A stretch of 64,000 nucleotides of DNA from the human T2T-CHM13v2.0 reference genome, Homo sapiens: the NCBI RefSeq assembly GCF_009914755.1, contig NC_060935.1; one strand, written 5' to 3'. The stretch's first letter is position 1; each line of letters starts with the position of its first letter. Both the position numbers and the translations under genes were made by a program. Positions 1 through 13,859 of this stretch are shown here, in pieces. The notes beneath the pieces are model-generated. The model saw only the letters and a program-made list of their open reading frames with translations. It did not search any database and was not told the origin of the DNA.

Positions 1-1460
1 TTATGTGCAAGAAAAGACTACCAAATTCAAGGACAGATAGTTGGAAATCATCCAATCAGACATGCAAAAAGAAAAAAGAATTAAAAAGAGTGATGATAGC
101 TTAAGGGACTGATGGGACACCATCAAGCAATCCAATATATGCATTATGGAAGTTCCTAAAGGATGAGTGAGAGAGAAACAAATAGTAAGCTTATTCAAAG
201 TAATAATGGCTAAAAATTTCCTAAGCCTGGGGAATAAAATAGACATTCAGATCCAGGAAGCCCAGTGGACAACAAATATAATGAATTAAAAAAGGCTTAC
301 ATTGAGATATATTATAATCAAATTGCCAAAAGTTAAAAACAAAGAGAATCTTGAAGCACTGAGAAAACAGTGGCTTGTTATGTACAAAGGAATTCCATAA
401 GACTATTAGCAGATTTTTTTTAGCAAAAACCTTGCAAGACAGAAGAGTATGGGATGACATACACAGTGTGAAAGAAAAAAACCAAAACACCAACCAACTA
501 TACCATATCTGGCAAACATGCCTCTCAAAAATGAAAGAGAGATAAAGACTTCCTCAGACAATCAAAAGCTGAGGGAGTTTATCACCATATCTGCCTTACA
601 AAAAATGCTATTGGGAATTTTTCAAGTTGAAATAAAAGGATGAAACTCATTGGTAAAGGTAAATATTGGAAAAAACGGTATATTTTACCACTATAATGAT
701 GATGGCAAATCTTTTTTAATTCTACTATAAATGTTAAAGGACAAAAAACCTAAAAAAGTATGTATTTTTGTATGAATGTATATTCATTAAGATGTAACAC
801 ACATTCTTCTCAAGCACACATTGAACCCTTTGCAGGATAGATTATATGTTAGGTCCCAAAACAAGCCTTAACATATTGAAGAAGGTAACAAATTACACTA
901 AGTATCTTTTGTGACAACAATGGAATCAGACTAGAAATCAGTAACAGCAATAAAATGTGAAAATTCACAAATATGTGGAAACTAAGTAACATACTCTTGA
1001 ACAAATACGGGGTCAAATAGGAAATCAAAAGGGAATTAAATAATATATTGAGACCAATGAAAATTAAAATACAACTTAGCAAAAAGTATCCTGAGACAAC
1101 ATGAAAACAAGATGTACCAAAACTTATGGGATGCAGCAAAAGCAGTAGTAAGAGGGAAGTTTATACTGATAAACATCTATATGAAGAAAAAAGAAAAATA
1201 TCAAATGAATGGCCTAACATTACCCTGAGGAATGAGAAAGAGAAGAACAAGTTAAGCCCAAAGTTAATAGAAGGAAGGAAAAAATAAAGATCAGGGCAGG
1301 GTAGGAGTAACTCATATAGAGAACACAAAATCTGTATAAAAATATCAACAAAACTAAGTGTTGATTAAAAAAATTTTTCTAAACTGACAAACCCTTAGCT
1401 AGACTGAGATAAAAAGGAGAATACAAAATAATAAGGAAAACTGAAATGGATGACTTTGGT
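1..1460 (+). mobile_element. Old L1 (L1M) ORF1/ORF2 fragments
   Basis: A-rich degraded L1 ORF1 (gaaaa..ttcctaagcctg..agacattcagatccaggaagcccag) and ORF2 endonuclease-region sequence (aacttatgggatgcagcaaaagcag). Confidence 0.85.
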
Positions 1461-1499
1461 AGAAAAATCTCAACAAAATCGGTATAGAAGGTAATACCC

Positions 1500-1603
1500 T
1501 TTGGGGAGAGTAGAAGGCTGAAGCTTGAGTTGATGACCATCAATGACCAGTGATTTTGATCAGCCAGCCATACATAATGAAGCCTTTGTAAAAACCCAAA
1601 AGA
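1500..1603 (+). mobile_element. LTR fragment, MER21-like
   Basis: ggctgaagcttgagttgat..aatgaccagtgattt..ataatgaagcct resembles MER21 by recall. Confidence 0.45.
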
Positions 1604-1900
<297 letters not shown>

Positions 1901-4480
1901 AGAAAGAAAGGAATGAAATTAAATGAAGAATAAGAGTCACTATTTTATTCTTAGAAAGATATCCACACACCACAACTTTCCTAGCTTTCCTATATAAAAA
2001 GCATCCTAACATTGTATATGAATTTAATAACCAGAAATAGTGGAGAAATGTTACATAAGGTCTTTCCTACTTTTCTGATCTTTAAGGGTACACTATCTAT
2101 GACAAACAATTAAGGGCAAAATGACTGATCCAAACCTTTGAAACTAATAGTGAATTTTTCACGGAAGCCATAATCCCAGCATTTGCTTACAGTCATTAGG
2201 TTGATTGGTTTACTGTTTTTCTGTGTGTTCAAATCTACTGAGAGGAAATCAACCAATGAAATGTGGGATTTGGTTGCCATAAGGCATATGGCAAAGTAGA
2301 TTGTGGAGTTTCATATTTAGAACCATGTAATACACAAAAATACACACAAGAACCATGTAATACACACAAGATCACTTTGGGAACTTGTATGCTGTTTTGA
2401 ATGTGAGCTGAAATTAATCAGAATATTTAAGTTGAAGTGCTACTTCCTCCTTTTATTAGCTGGATGACCTTGGGCAAATCCCTTTACTATCTTGATGCCC
2501 CATTTTCCAGTCTGTATCAAATGTGTATTATAATGTCAGTTTCACAGGGGCGCTGTTAAAAGGATTAAAAATCATAGTATTCTTGGAAGAGCTTTGTATA
2601 TGCAAAGTAATGTACACATGTGAATTGTCATTACTTTCACGTTCAAAGGAGTGTGTCACCTGGAATTACAGCATTGCCTGGTCCACGCGTCTTAATGAAT
2701 GGAGCTGGGAGAGGGAATAATCAAAGGCCAAGTCCATGGATATTATGAAAAGAGGAAACAAAAGAAATAATTACTTTCAAAACTTGGACAAGAACCAGAA
2801 ATGGAAGCTGGTGTTTTGAATGTTGATATTGGAACGAGGTGTGTCAGGAGACCAAGGCTTCTGCTCAATATTTATCCAGTCACCAGATTCACTACCCTGG
2901 GCCTTATTAAATGAAGTTTAGATCTTTAGGGATAGATATGAAGTCATAATATAATAATTCTCAAATGACACTCTGTGACCTTAAGGTATAATCATTAGAC
3001 TCAAGAATAAAGTTGAATTTGTACTAAATTAACTCTAACAAGGATAACTCAGGTAATAGCTAAAAACAAGACTCTGAACATATCTAAATAAAAGATGCCA
3101 GTTTCTAGATATTGTAGTGAATTGTTCATAGGCACAACTCTGTATTTCTTTAAAAATTTTGGGTCAAATTATATCTTTTTTTAAAATTTAATTTAGTTGT
3201 AGTAAATACACCTAATATGAGATTTACCCTGCTAACAGATATGTATGTGTAAATACAGTAGTGTTCCTTAAGGCAAAATGTTGCACAGAAGATCTCTGGA
3301 TTGTATTCATCTTTTATTATTGAAACCTTATACCTGTTGACTAGCAACTCCCCATTTCCTTCTCTCCCCTCTCCTGGCATCCATGGGTCTGTTCTTTGCT
3401 TCTATGGGTTTGACTATTTTGGTATCTCATATAAGTGGAATCATGCAGTTTCATTTAGCAAAATGTCCTCAAGATTCATCCATGTTGTTGCTTATTGCAG
3501 GATTTTCTTCTTTTTAAAGGCTGAATAATATTCCATTGCATGCATATACCACATTTTCTTCATACAACCATCTGTCTTTGGACATTCGGATTGTTTCTAC
3601 CCCTTGGCTATCATGAATCTTGTTACGAGGAACATGGGAGGGCAGATATCTCTTCTAAATCCTGATTTCAATTCTTTTGGGTAAATGCCCAGAAATAGGA
3701 TTGCTGGATCATGTGGTAGTTTTATTCTTAATTTTCTGAGAATCCTCCATACTCTTTTCTATAATAGCTCTACCATTTTGCATTCCTACCTACAGTGTAC
3801 AAGGGTCCCCTCTTCTCCATATCCTCGAAACACTTGTCTTTTTTTTTTTTGATAATAGTCATCCTAACAGGTGTGAGGAGATATATCATTGTGGTTTTAA
3901 TTTGCATTTCCCTGATAATTAGTGACATTGAGCATCTTTTCATATACCTGTTGGCCATTTGTATGTCTTTTACGGAGAGATGTCTATTCAAATCCTTAGC
4001 CTGTTAAAAAAAATCAAGTTTTTTTTTTGTTTGTTTTTACAGCTATAGAGTTGTATGAATTCCATGTATATTTTGGAAATTAACCCCTTATCTGATATAT
4101 GGTTTGCAAACATTTTCTCCCATTCCATAGCTTGTGTCTTCACTGTTGACAGTTTCCTTTGCTGTGCAGAAGCTTTTTATTTTGACACAGCCCAACTTGT
4201 TTATTTTTGCTTTGTTGCCTGTGCTTTTGGTGTTATACTATTGAAATAATTGCCAAGACCAATGCCATGAAGCTTTCCCTTTATGCTTTCTTTTAGGTAT
4301 TTTACAGTTTGGGGTCTTATGTTTAAAACTTTAAGCCATTTTGAGTTGACTTTTGTATGTGGTATAAAATAAGGATCTAATTCCATTCTTTTGCATGTGG
4401 ATATCCAGTTTTCCCAGCACCATTTGTTGAAGAGACTATCCTTTCCCCATTGTATAATCTTGTTGACAATTAGTTGACTG

Positions 4481-4790
4481 AGGCTGGGCATGGTGGCTCT
4501 TGCCTGTAATTCCAGTACTTTGGGAGGCCTAGGCAGAAGGATCACTTGAGCCCAGGAATTCAAGACCAGCCTGGGCAACATGCTGAAACCCTGTATTGAA
4601 GAAAAAATACAAAAAATATGCTGGGTGTGGTGGCGTGCACCTGTAGTCCCACCTACTCAGAAGGCTGAGGTGGGAGGATAGCTTGAGCCCTGGGAGGCAG
4701 AGGTTCCTGTGAGCTGAGATTGTGCCACTTTACTCCAGCCTAGGCGACAGAGCCAGACTCTGTCTCAAAAGAAGAAGAAGAAAGAAAAGA
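4481..4790 (+). mobile_element. AluJ inserted in L1
   Basis: Alu dimer; flanks share aattagttg. Confidence 0.93.
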
Positions 4791-6295
4791 AAAATAAAAT
4801 TAGTTGGCTGCATATGCTTGGGTTTATTTCTGGGCTCTCTATTCTGTTACATTGAACTTTAATATATTGAGATGATTTCCCTCTATTCTAGCTTGTTGAG
4901 AGTTTTTAAAAATCATGACACGTTGAATTTTGTCAAATGCTTTTACTGTATCTATTGAGAAGATAATATGGTTTTTGTTCTTCATTCTGTTAATGCTGTA
5001 TATCATATTAATTAACTTTTGTATATTTAACTATCATAGCATCACAAGAATAAATCTCACTTGGTCATAAGATATGCCCCTTTTAATATGCTGTTGAATT
5101 TGGTTTGCTTGTATTTTGTTAAGGATTTTTGCATCTATATTCACCCAAGATACTGGCCTGTAGTTTTCTTTTTTGGTGGTGTCTTTCTCTGGCTTTGGTA
5201 TGAAGGTAATGCTGGCCTTATAAAATGAGTTTGGAGTGTTCCATTATCTTAAATTATTTGGAAAAGATTGCGAAGAAATGGCATAATTTTTTTTTAATGT
5301 TTGATAGAATTGGCCAGTGAAGCTATCTATTCCTGGGCTTCTTTGTTGGGAAGTTTTTGGTTATTGATTCAATCTCCCTACTGGTTTTTAGTTCTGTTCA
5401 GTGTATTACTTCATGATTTAGTCATGGCAGGTTGTATGTTTTTGGGAATTTATCTATTCTTTGAGGTTGTCCAAATTATTGGCATATAATTGTGGATAGT
5501 AGTCTCTTTTGTTCCTTTTTATTCTCTGTGGCATCAGTTGTAATGTCTCCTCTTTCATTTCTGATTTTATTTATTTGAGTTTTCTTTCTTTTTTTCTTAG
5601 TCTAGCTAAAGAGTTGTCAATTTTGTTTGTCTTTTCAGAAAACCAAGTCTTAGTTTTGTTGATTTTTTCCTATTGTTTTTCTATTCTCTGCCTCATTTAT
5701 TTCTGCTCCAATCTTTATTATTTCTTTCCTTAGGCGAACTTCGGCTTTTGTGTTTTTTCTCATTTTCCAGTTCTTTGAGGTTTAGAGGTAGCTTGTTTAT
5801 TTGTTATCCTTTTTCTTTCTTCATGTAGGTGTTTATTGCTATAAATTTCCCTCTTGTACTGCATTTGTGACATTCTGTAAGTTTTGGTACATTGTGTTTT
5901 AATTTTATTTGTCTGAGTACTTCATAATCTCCTTTTTGATTTCTTCTTTAAACCACTGATTGCTCAAGTGTGTTGCTTAATTTCCACATATTTGTGAATT
6001 TTCCTGTTTTCCTTCTGCTACTGATTTCTAGTTTGATTTCATTGTGGTCAGAAAAGATACTTGGTATGATTTTGGTATTCCTGAATTTGTTAAAACTTGT
6101 TTTAGCACCTAACAAGTTAATTTATCCTGGAAAATGTTTCATATGCACTTGAGAAGAATGAGTATTCTGTTGCTGTTGGATGGGATATTTTATACAGGCC
6201 TGTTAGGCCCATTCATATATAATGTTGTTCAGGTTTCCTGTTTCCTTATTAATTTTATGTCTGGATGTTTTATTCTTTATTGAAAGAGGGGTCTT

Positions 6296-7879
6296 CTCTC
6301 CCCCTCCCCCTCCCCCTCCCTCTCCCCACGGTCTCCCTCTCCCTCTCTTTCCACGGTCTCCCTCTGATGCCGAGCTGAAGCTGGACTGTACTGCTGCCAT
6401 CTCTGCTCACTGCAACCTCCCTGCCTGATTCTCCTGCCTCAGCCTGCCCAGTGCCTGCGATTGCAGGCGCGCGCCGCCACGCCTGACTGGTTTTCGTATT
6501 TTTTTGGTGGAGACGGGGTTTCGCTGTGTTGGCCGGGCTGGTCTCCAGCTCCTAACCACCAGTGATCCGCCAGCCTCGGCCTCCCGAGGTGCCGGGATTG
6601 CAGACGGAGTCTGGTTCACTCAGTGCTCAGTGGTGCCCAGGCTGGAGTGCAGTGGCGTGATCTCGGCTCCCTACAACCTCCACCTCCCAGCCGCCTGCCT
6701 TGGCCTCCCAAAGTGCCGAGAGTGCAGCCTCTGCCCGGCCGCCACCCCGTCTGGGAAGTGAGGAGCGTCTCTGCCTGGCCGCCCATCGTCTGGGACGTGA
6801 GGAGCCCCTCTGCCTGGCTGCCCAGTCTGGAAAGTGAGGAGCGTCTCTGCCCGGCCGCCATCCCATCTAGGAAGTGAGGAGTGCCTCTTCCCGGCCGCCA
6901 TCCCATCTAGGAAGTGAGGAGCGTCTCTGCCCTGCCGCCCATCGTCTGAGATGTGGGGAGCGCCTCTGCCCCGCCGCCCCGTCTGGGATGTGAGGAGCGC
7001 CTCTGCCCAGCCGCGACCCCGTCTGGGAGGTGAGGAGCGTCTCTGCCCAGCCGCCCGTCTGAGAAGTGAGGAGCCCCTCTGCCCGGCAGCCGCCCCGTCT
7101 GGGAAGTGAGGAGCGTCTCCGCCCGGCAGCCACCCCGTCCGGGAGGGAGGTGGGAGTCAGCCCCCGCCAGGCCAGCCGCCCCGTCCGGGAGGGAGGTGGG
7201 GGGGTCAGCCCCCCGCCCGGCCAGCCGCCCCATCCGGGAGGTGAGGGGCGCCTCTGCCCGGCCACCCCTACTGGGAAGTGAGGAGACCCTCTGCTCGGCC
7301 ACCACCCTGTCTGGGAGGTGTACCCAACAGCTCATTGAGAACTGGCCATGATGACAATGGCGGTTTTGTGGAATAGAAAGGGGGGAAAGGTGGGGAAAAG
7401 ATTGAGAAATCGGATGGTTGCCCTGTCTGTGTAGAAAGAAGTAGACAGGGGAGACTTTTCATTTTGTTCTGTACTAAGAAAAATTCTTCTGCCTTGGGAT
7501 CCTGTTGATCTGTGACCTTACCCCCAACCCTGTGCTCTCTGAAACATGTGCTGTGTCCACTCAGGGTTAAATGGATTAAGGGCGGTGCAAGATGTGCTTT
7601 GTTAAACAGATGCTTGAAGGCAGCATGCTCGTTAAGAGTCATCACCACTCCCTAATCTCAAGTACCCAGGGACACAAACACTGCGGAAGGCGGCAGGGTA
7701 CTCTGCCTAGGAAAACCAGAGACCTTTGTTCACTTGTTTATCTGCTGACCTTCCCTCCACTATTGTCCTATGACCCTGCCAAATCCCCCTCTGCGAGAAA
7801 CACCCAAGAATAATCAATTAAAAAAATAAATAAATAAAAAAAATAAAATAAAATAAAATAAATCTAAAAAAAAAAAAAA
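6296..7879 (+). mobile_element. Full-length SVA retrotransposon (SVA_D-like)
   Basis: (CCCCCT)n head, Alu-like domain, GC-rich VNTR (~6730-7310), SINE-R, A-rich tail; 14-bp TSD GAAAGAGGGGTCTT at 6282-6295 and 7880-7893. Confidence 0.97.
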
Positions 7880-8184
7880 GAAAGAGGGGTCTTGATGTCT
7901 CTGACTGCTATTGTATTGCTATTTCTCCCTTCAGTTCTGTTACTATTTGCTTTATCTATTTAGATATTTAGGTGTTCTGATGTTGGGTGCATATAAATTT
8001 ATAATTATTATATCTTTCTGCTGAATGGACACTTACCATTATGTAATGTCTTTGTCTCTGGTGATAATTTTTGACTTATAGTCTATTTTATCTGATATAA
8101 GTGTATCTACTCCTACTTACTTTTGGTTACTATCATCGTGGAATATCTTTTTTCATCCTTCACTTTCAGTCTATGTGTGTTCTT

Positions 8185-8318
8185 TTCTTTTTGTTTTTAT
8201 AAATAAAAGAGGTTTAATTGACTCACGGTTCTGCAGGCTGTGCAGGAAGCATGGCTGGGGAGGCGTCAGGAAACTTTCAATCATGGCGGAAGGGTAAGTA
8301 GACATGTCTTACATGGCC
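8185..8318 (-). mobile_element. MST (MaLR) LTR 3' fragment inserted as a processed copy
   Basis: MST sequence ends after the ATTAAA signal, followed by an A-rich tail; TSD GTGTGTTCTT at 8175-8184 and 8319-8328. Confidence 0.8.
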
Positions 8319-8374
8319 GTGTGTTCTTAAATGTAAATTAAGTGTCTTGTAGATGATATATAGTTGGATCTTTT

Positions 8375-8790
<416 letters not shown>

Positions 8791-8801
8791 TCCACAGCTC
8801 A

Positions 8802-9096
8802 TTTTTTTTTTTGAGACAGAGTCTTGCTCTGTCGCCCAGGCTGGAATGGAGTGGGGCCATCTCAGCTCACTGCAACCTCCGCCTCCCAGGTTCAAGCAAT
8901 TCTCCTGCCTTAACCTCCTGAGTAGCTGGGATTACAGGCACGAGCCACTGCGCCTGGCTAATTTTTGTATTTTTAGTAGATATGGGGGGTCTCACCATGT
9001 TGGCCAGACTGGTCTCGAACTCCTGACCTCAGATGATCCAACTGCCTCAGCCTCCCAAAGTGCTGGGATTACAGGCGTGAGCTACCGCACCCGGCC
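8802..9096 (-). mobile_element. AluS
   Basis: Antisense Alu dimer. Confidence 0.95.
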
Positions 9097-9229
9097 ACAA
9101 CTCATTTTAAGACTGCATCATTTCATATATCTTTTCCTCTTTCTCATGTTATACAAAGCCATAGTATCTTGGTTATTTTATTCTTCTGATTCTTGATGCC
9201 TTGAAAAAATAAATATACCTTTTTTCTTT

Positions 9230-9940
9230 ATTTTCTTTATTTTACTTTAAGTTTCAGGATACATGTGCAGAACGCGTAGGTTTGTTACATAGGTAAAAGT
9301 TTGCCATAGTGGTTTGCTAGACCTATCAATCCGTCACCTAGGTATTAAGCCCAGCATGCTTTAGCTATCTGTCCAGATGCTGTCCCTCCCCTTCCCCCTC
9401 GGACAGGCCCTGGTGTGTGTTGTTCCCCTCCCTGTGTACATGTGTTCTCATTGTTCAGCTCTCCCTTATGAGTGAGAACATGCGGTGTTTGGTTTTCTGT
9501 TCCTGTGTTAGTTTGCTGAGGATGATGGCTTCCAGCTTCATCCATGTCCCTGCAAAGGATATGATATCATTCCTTTTTATGGCTGCATAGCATTCCATGG
9601 TGTATATGTACCACATTTTCTTTATCTAGTCTATCATTGATGGGCATTTGGGTTGGCTCCATGTCTTTGCTATTGTAAATAATTCTGCAATAAACATACA
9701 TGTGCATGTATCTTTATAATAGAATGATTTATATTCCTTTGGGTATATACCTAGTCATGGGATTGCTGGGTCAGATGGTATTTCTGGTTCTAGATCCTTG
9801 AGGAATTGCCACAATGTCTTCCACCATGGTTGAACTAATTTACACTCCCATCAACAGTGTGAAAGTGTCCCTACTTCTCCACAGCCTTGCCAGCATCTGT
9901 TGTTTCTTGGCTTTTTAATAATCACCATTCTGATTGGTGT
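9230..9940 (-). mobile_element. L1PA 3' end
   Basis: tttaagtttcaggatacatgtgcagaacg... L1PA 3'UTR and ORF2 end. Confidence 0.92.
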
Positions 9941-9954
9941 GTAGCTTTTTCCTA

Positions 9955-10338
<384 letters not shown>

Positions 10339-10666
10339 TTAGAAGACAGTTGGGAGAAATTCAGTGCTTGAATATTTTATTGTTTTTGACCTGCTCCTCT
10401 TCTCAGACAGAAATGTTTTTCTGAAAAAAAGAGTCAAGAATAAGAATTCTGTTGAATATTAGCTAGGGCTAATAGACAGAGGCTTAGCCCTGAGGAGTGA
10501 GTCAGAGGGGTCCTTTTGTTCAGTGGAACCTTTTATCCTAGGCCTAACTTTGATTTCTTATATTTCTTTCTTTTTTGTTTGCTTGTTTCCCACTTTCCTC
10601 CACTGCTCCATTTCTCCATTTCTTTTATCTTCCCTCTCTTCTTATCTGTAATAAATAAAAATATTC

Positions 10667-10971
10667 GCCAGGCACGGTGGCTCATGCCTGTAATCCTAGC
10701 ACTTTGGGAGGCCGAGGCAGGTGTATCACCTGAGGTCAGGAGTTCGAGACCGGCCTGGCTAACATGGCAAAACCCCGTCTCTACTAAAAATACAAAACAA
10801 AACAAAACAAAAAAAAAATTAGCCAGGCATGGTGGCAGGCACCTGTAATACCAGCTACTCAGGAGGCTGAGGCAGGAGAATCACTTGAACCTGGGAGGTG
10901 GAGGTTGCAGTGAACTGATATTGTACCACTTCATTCCAGCCTGGACGAAAGAGTGAGACTCCATCTCAAAA

Positions 10972-11018
<47 letters not shown>

Positions 11019-11020
11019 AT
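10667..11020 (+). mobile_element. AluS with (TAAA)n tail
   Basis: Alu dimer; tail microsatellite at 10971-11020. Confidence 0.95.
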
Positions 11021-11029
11021 ATATTCACA

Positions 11030-11790
11030 ATGTAAAGAAAGCAATACACTTTATAACCTAAAGTATAAAATAAATATTCACATGCTGGTATAAAAACATA
11101 ATTGATTCTTTAACTGATACAAAAGAAAAAAGAAAAAAATGCTTGGATAAAAATTTAAATGAGGAAGAATAGACAAATCTCCTATGCAGTAGAATTCCAA
11201 ATAATTTATGTAACTCCTCCCTTCTCAATTTGGGGCAGCAAAACTACCTACCCGTTCCTTACAGGTGGACTGAATATAGTGACTTCCTTCCAAAGAGTAT
11301 AATGCACAAGTGGGAAAAGAGTTTGTTGACAGTGGAGAAATCTGAGAAACACTACCTCTGTCAGGTGATCAAGGTCAACATCAGTAGTGAAAAGCTATGT
11401 TTACATTATGTACCCTTGATATGATGTGATGAGAATGTCACTTTACCTCTGTGTTCTTTCTTCCAAAAACTCACAACCCCTTGTCTAAGCATCAGAGAAG
11501 GTCAGTTCTGAAGAACATTCTACAAAATATCTGACCAGGATTCCTCAAAACTGTCAAGGTCACCAAAAACAAGGAAAGTCTAATAAACTCTTCCAGCCAA
11601 GAAGAACCTAAAGAGACATGATGACTAAATGTAATGTGGTGTCCTAGATGAATTCTTGGAACAGAAAAAGGACATTAGGTAAAAAATAAGGAACTCCAAA
11701 TAAAGTGTGAAGTTTAGTTAATAATAATACGTCAATATTGGTCAATTAGTTGTGACAGACATACAATGGGAGTGTTAACAATAAAGGAAA
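11030..11790 (+). mobile_element. Old L1 (L1MC/MD-like) 3'UTR
   Basis: gagacatgatgactaaatgtaatgtggtgtcctagatg..ggaacagaaaaaggacattagg is typical of the L1MC 3' end. Confidence 0.7.
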
Positions 11791-12834
11791 TTGAAAGCAT
11801 TGCGTATACAATCTTGTCTAACGTAGGTGTTCCTCACTCAGTTATTTTCTGTTGAGTTGCTATGTTTGTTTTCTTCACTGCAATTACCAAAGTCCGTAAT
11901 TATATTTTTTAATTTATTATGTGTCTCTTCCATTAGATTGTAAGCTTCATGAGGACAAGGATCTTCTCTGTTTCTTTTTTATTCTTTCTTCTTCTTTTTT
12001 TTAACACTGCGATAACAGGAAACAATTGTTTCATTTATTGCTGCATTCCCACTATATTCCAGGTTTCCACACATAGTAAATACTCAATAATAACCACTGA
12101 ATTGTTAAATGAATGAATGAAGGAATGACTGGTGATTGTAACCAAGACTTGTAGGATCATTGCAACTGGAGCAGAACAAATTTATGATATTTTATTATAA
12201 ATAGGATGTACTTCATGCTTTCTCTAGAGAGAAAATACCTTTAATCGGGTTTCCATTTATTTCTCTTTCTTCCCTCTTTCTCTCTTTGTCTCTCTCTCCT
12301 TCCTTCCTTCCTTCCTTCTTTCCTTCCTTTTCCTTTCATTTTTTTTCCACAGTGAAAGGAGTAAAATCTCCAAGCGTCCTGTAAAGTAGGAATATCATGG
12401 TGTTGCCTGAACTTACTTCTTCTTTTATTTATTGATTTTTTTATTGTTAAGAGTTACTTCTTGAAGGATGTGTAAATAAGGGTGCCAATGTACATTTGTA
12501 CATTTCCTTACACATGTTAGGAAGTTTCTCACTTCTCTCAGTTCCTTAGTTAAGTCAACAGAAAGAAATACATATTATCACAGATATACACTATAGAAGA
12601 CTCAGGCTTTTCCTGTTGAGAGTCATTTATCCAGAAGCACCTAGCTACTAAGGATAAAGAAAGAATTTGTGTAGAGCTAAAAGCTACCCCCATCGGGGAT
12701 CACTGAAAACAAGAATGTGACAAAGAGGCTGGAAACCTGAAGACAGTCACGCACACAAAATATAGTTGAATGTTAGGCTCTGTGCATAGTACATATTCCT
12801 ACATGTTTAATGAAGAGCAGTGACTCACAACTAA

Positions 12835-13139
<305 letters not shown>

Positions 13140-13167
13140 CAAAGTATTTTATATGCTCTATGTCAGT

Positions 13168-13380
13168 CTTTTTTTTTTTTTTTTGAGACAGGGTCTCACT
13201 CTGTCACCCAGGTTGCGATCTTGGCTCACTGCAACCTCCACCTGCCAGGTTCAAGCAATCCTCCCACCTCAGCCTCCCAAGTAGCTAGGACTACAGGCGT
13301 GTACCACCACGCCCAGCTAATTTTTTGTATTTTTGGTAGGGACAGGTTTCTGCCATGTTGCTCAGGCTGGTCTCAAACTC
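13168..13380 (-). mobile_element. Truncated Alu
   Basis: Antisense Alu lacking its 5' end. Confidence 0.9.
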
Positions 13381-13432
13381 TACATGGCAGTATGAAAATA
13401 AACAAATACAAAGGGTAATGACCACCACATTG

Positions 13433-13669
13433 GAGAGCTTGTTTAGAGGTTCTAGCAGAGGAGTGCAGCTACTTGTATACCCTTGACCAAAGAATGGTCC
13501 TCCTCTATCTGGGAAGGTCGTCCATTTTGACTAAGCTTGCAGCTTTGAGAGGGTCGCACATGGGGCAGTGAAGGAGGAAGAGGACACCCACCTAGCCAGG
13601 CAGATCAGCTGAATCAACTCTGGTGATCAATGGGATGACAGATGTCACAGCCAGATTGCCCTCACATCC
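13433..13669 (-). pseudogene. 7SK snRNA pseudogene (RN7SKP family), 3'-truncated
   Basis: Reverse complement starts GGATGTGAGGGCAATCTGGCTGTGACATCTGTC and follows 7SK to ...CTAGAACCTCTAAACAAGCTCTC (about 237 of ~330 nt). Confidence 0.95.
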
Positions 13670-13859
13670 TACCCCATTTGTTCATGCCCAAGTTGTTCTA
13701 TTTTGCTTTCTGATTAAGAAGCAGACAAGAAACCATTATTAGCAGAGTATGGTAGAAAGTACCATAGAAGCCTCTCCAATGTGAGGAGAAATGGCCAGCA
13801 TATTGACAGATGTAAATAGAAAGTGGGAGTTAAATTACTGAATCAAAGTCATTTGATTC

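Larger units (their letters stand above)
3170..8370 (-). mobile_element. Old L1 (L1M) 3' end and ORF2, interrupted by Alu, SVA and an MST retrocopy
   Basis: Minus-strand ORF2 peptides (MNRHLS..QMANRYMKRCS, WGKDSLFNKWCWENW). Confidence 0.9.

Noticed and set aside
2319-2370. 30-bp-period duplication agaaccatgtaatacaca
   Set aside because: Ordinary slippage duplication with two copies and no spacers; not CRISPR-like
6203-7813. Dense cluster of overlapping GC-rich ORFs
   Set aside because: All lie within the SVA hexamer, Alu-like, VNTR or SINE-R domains
13426-13783. 12-bp inverted match cacattggagag / ctctccaatgtg around the 7SK copy
   Set aside because: Too short to distinguish an inverted TSD from chance
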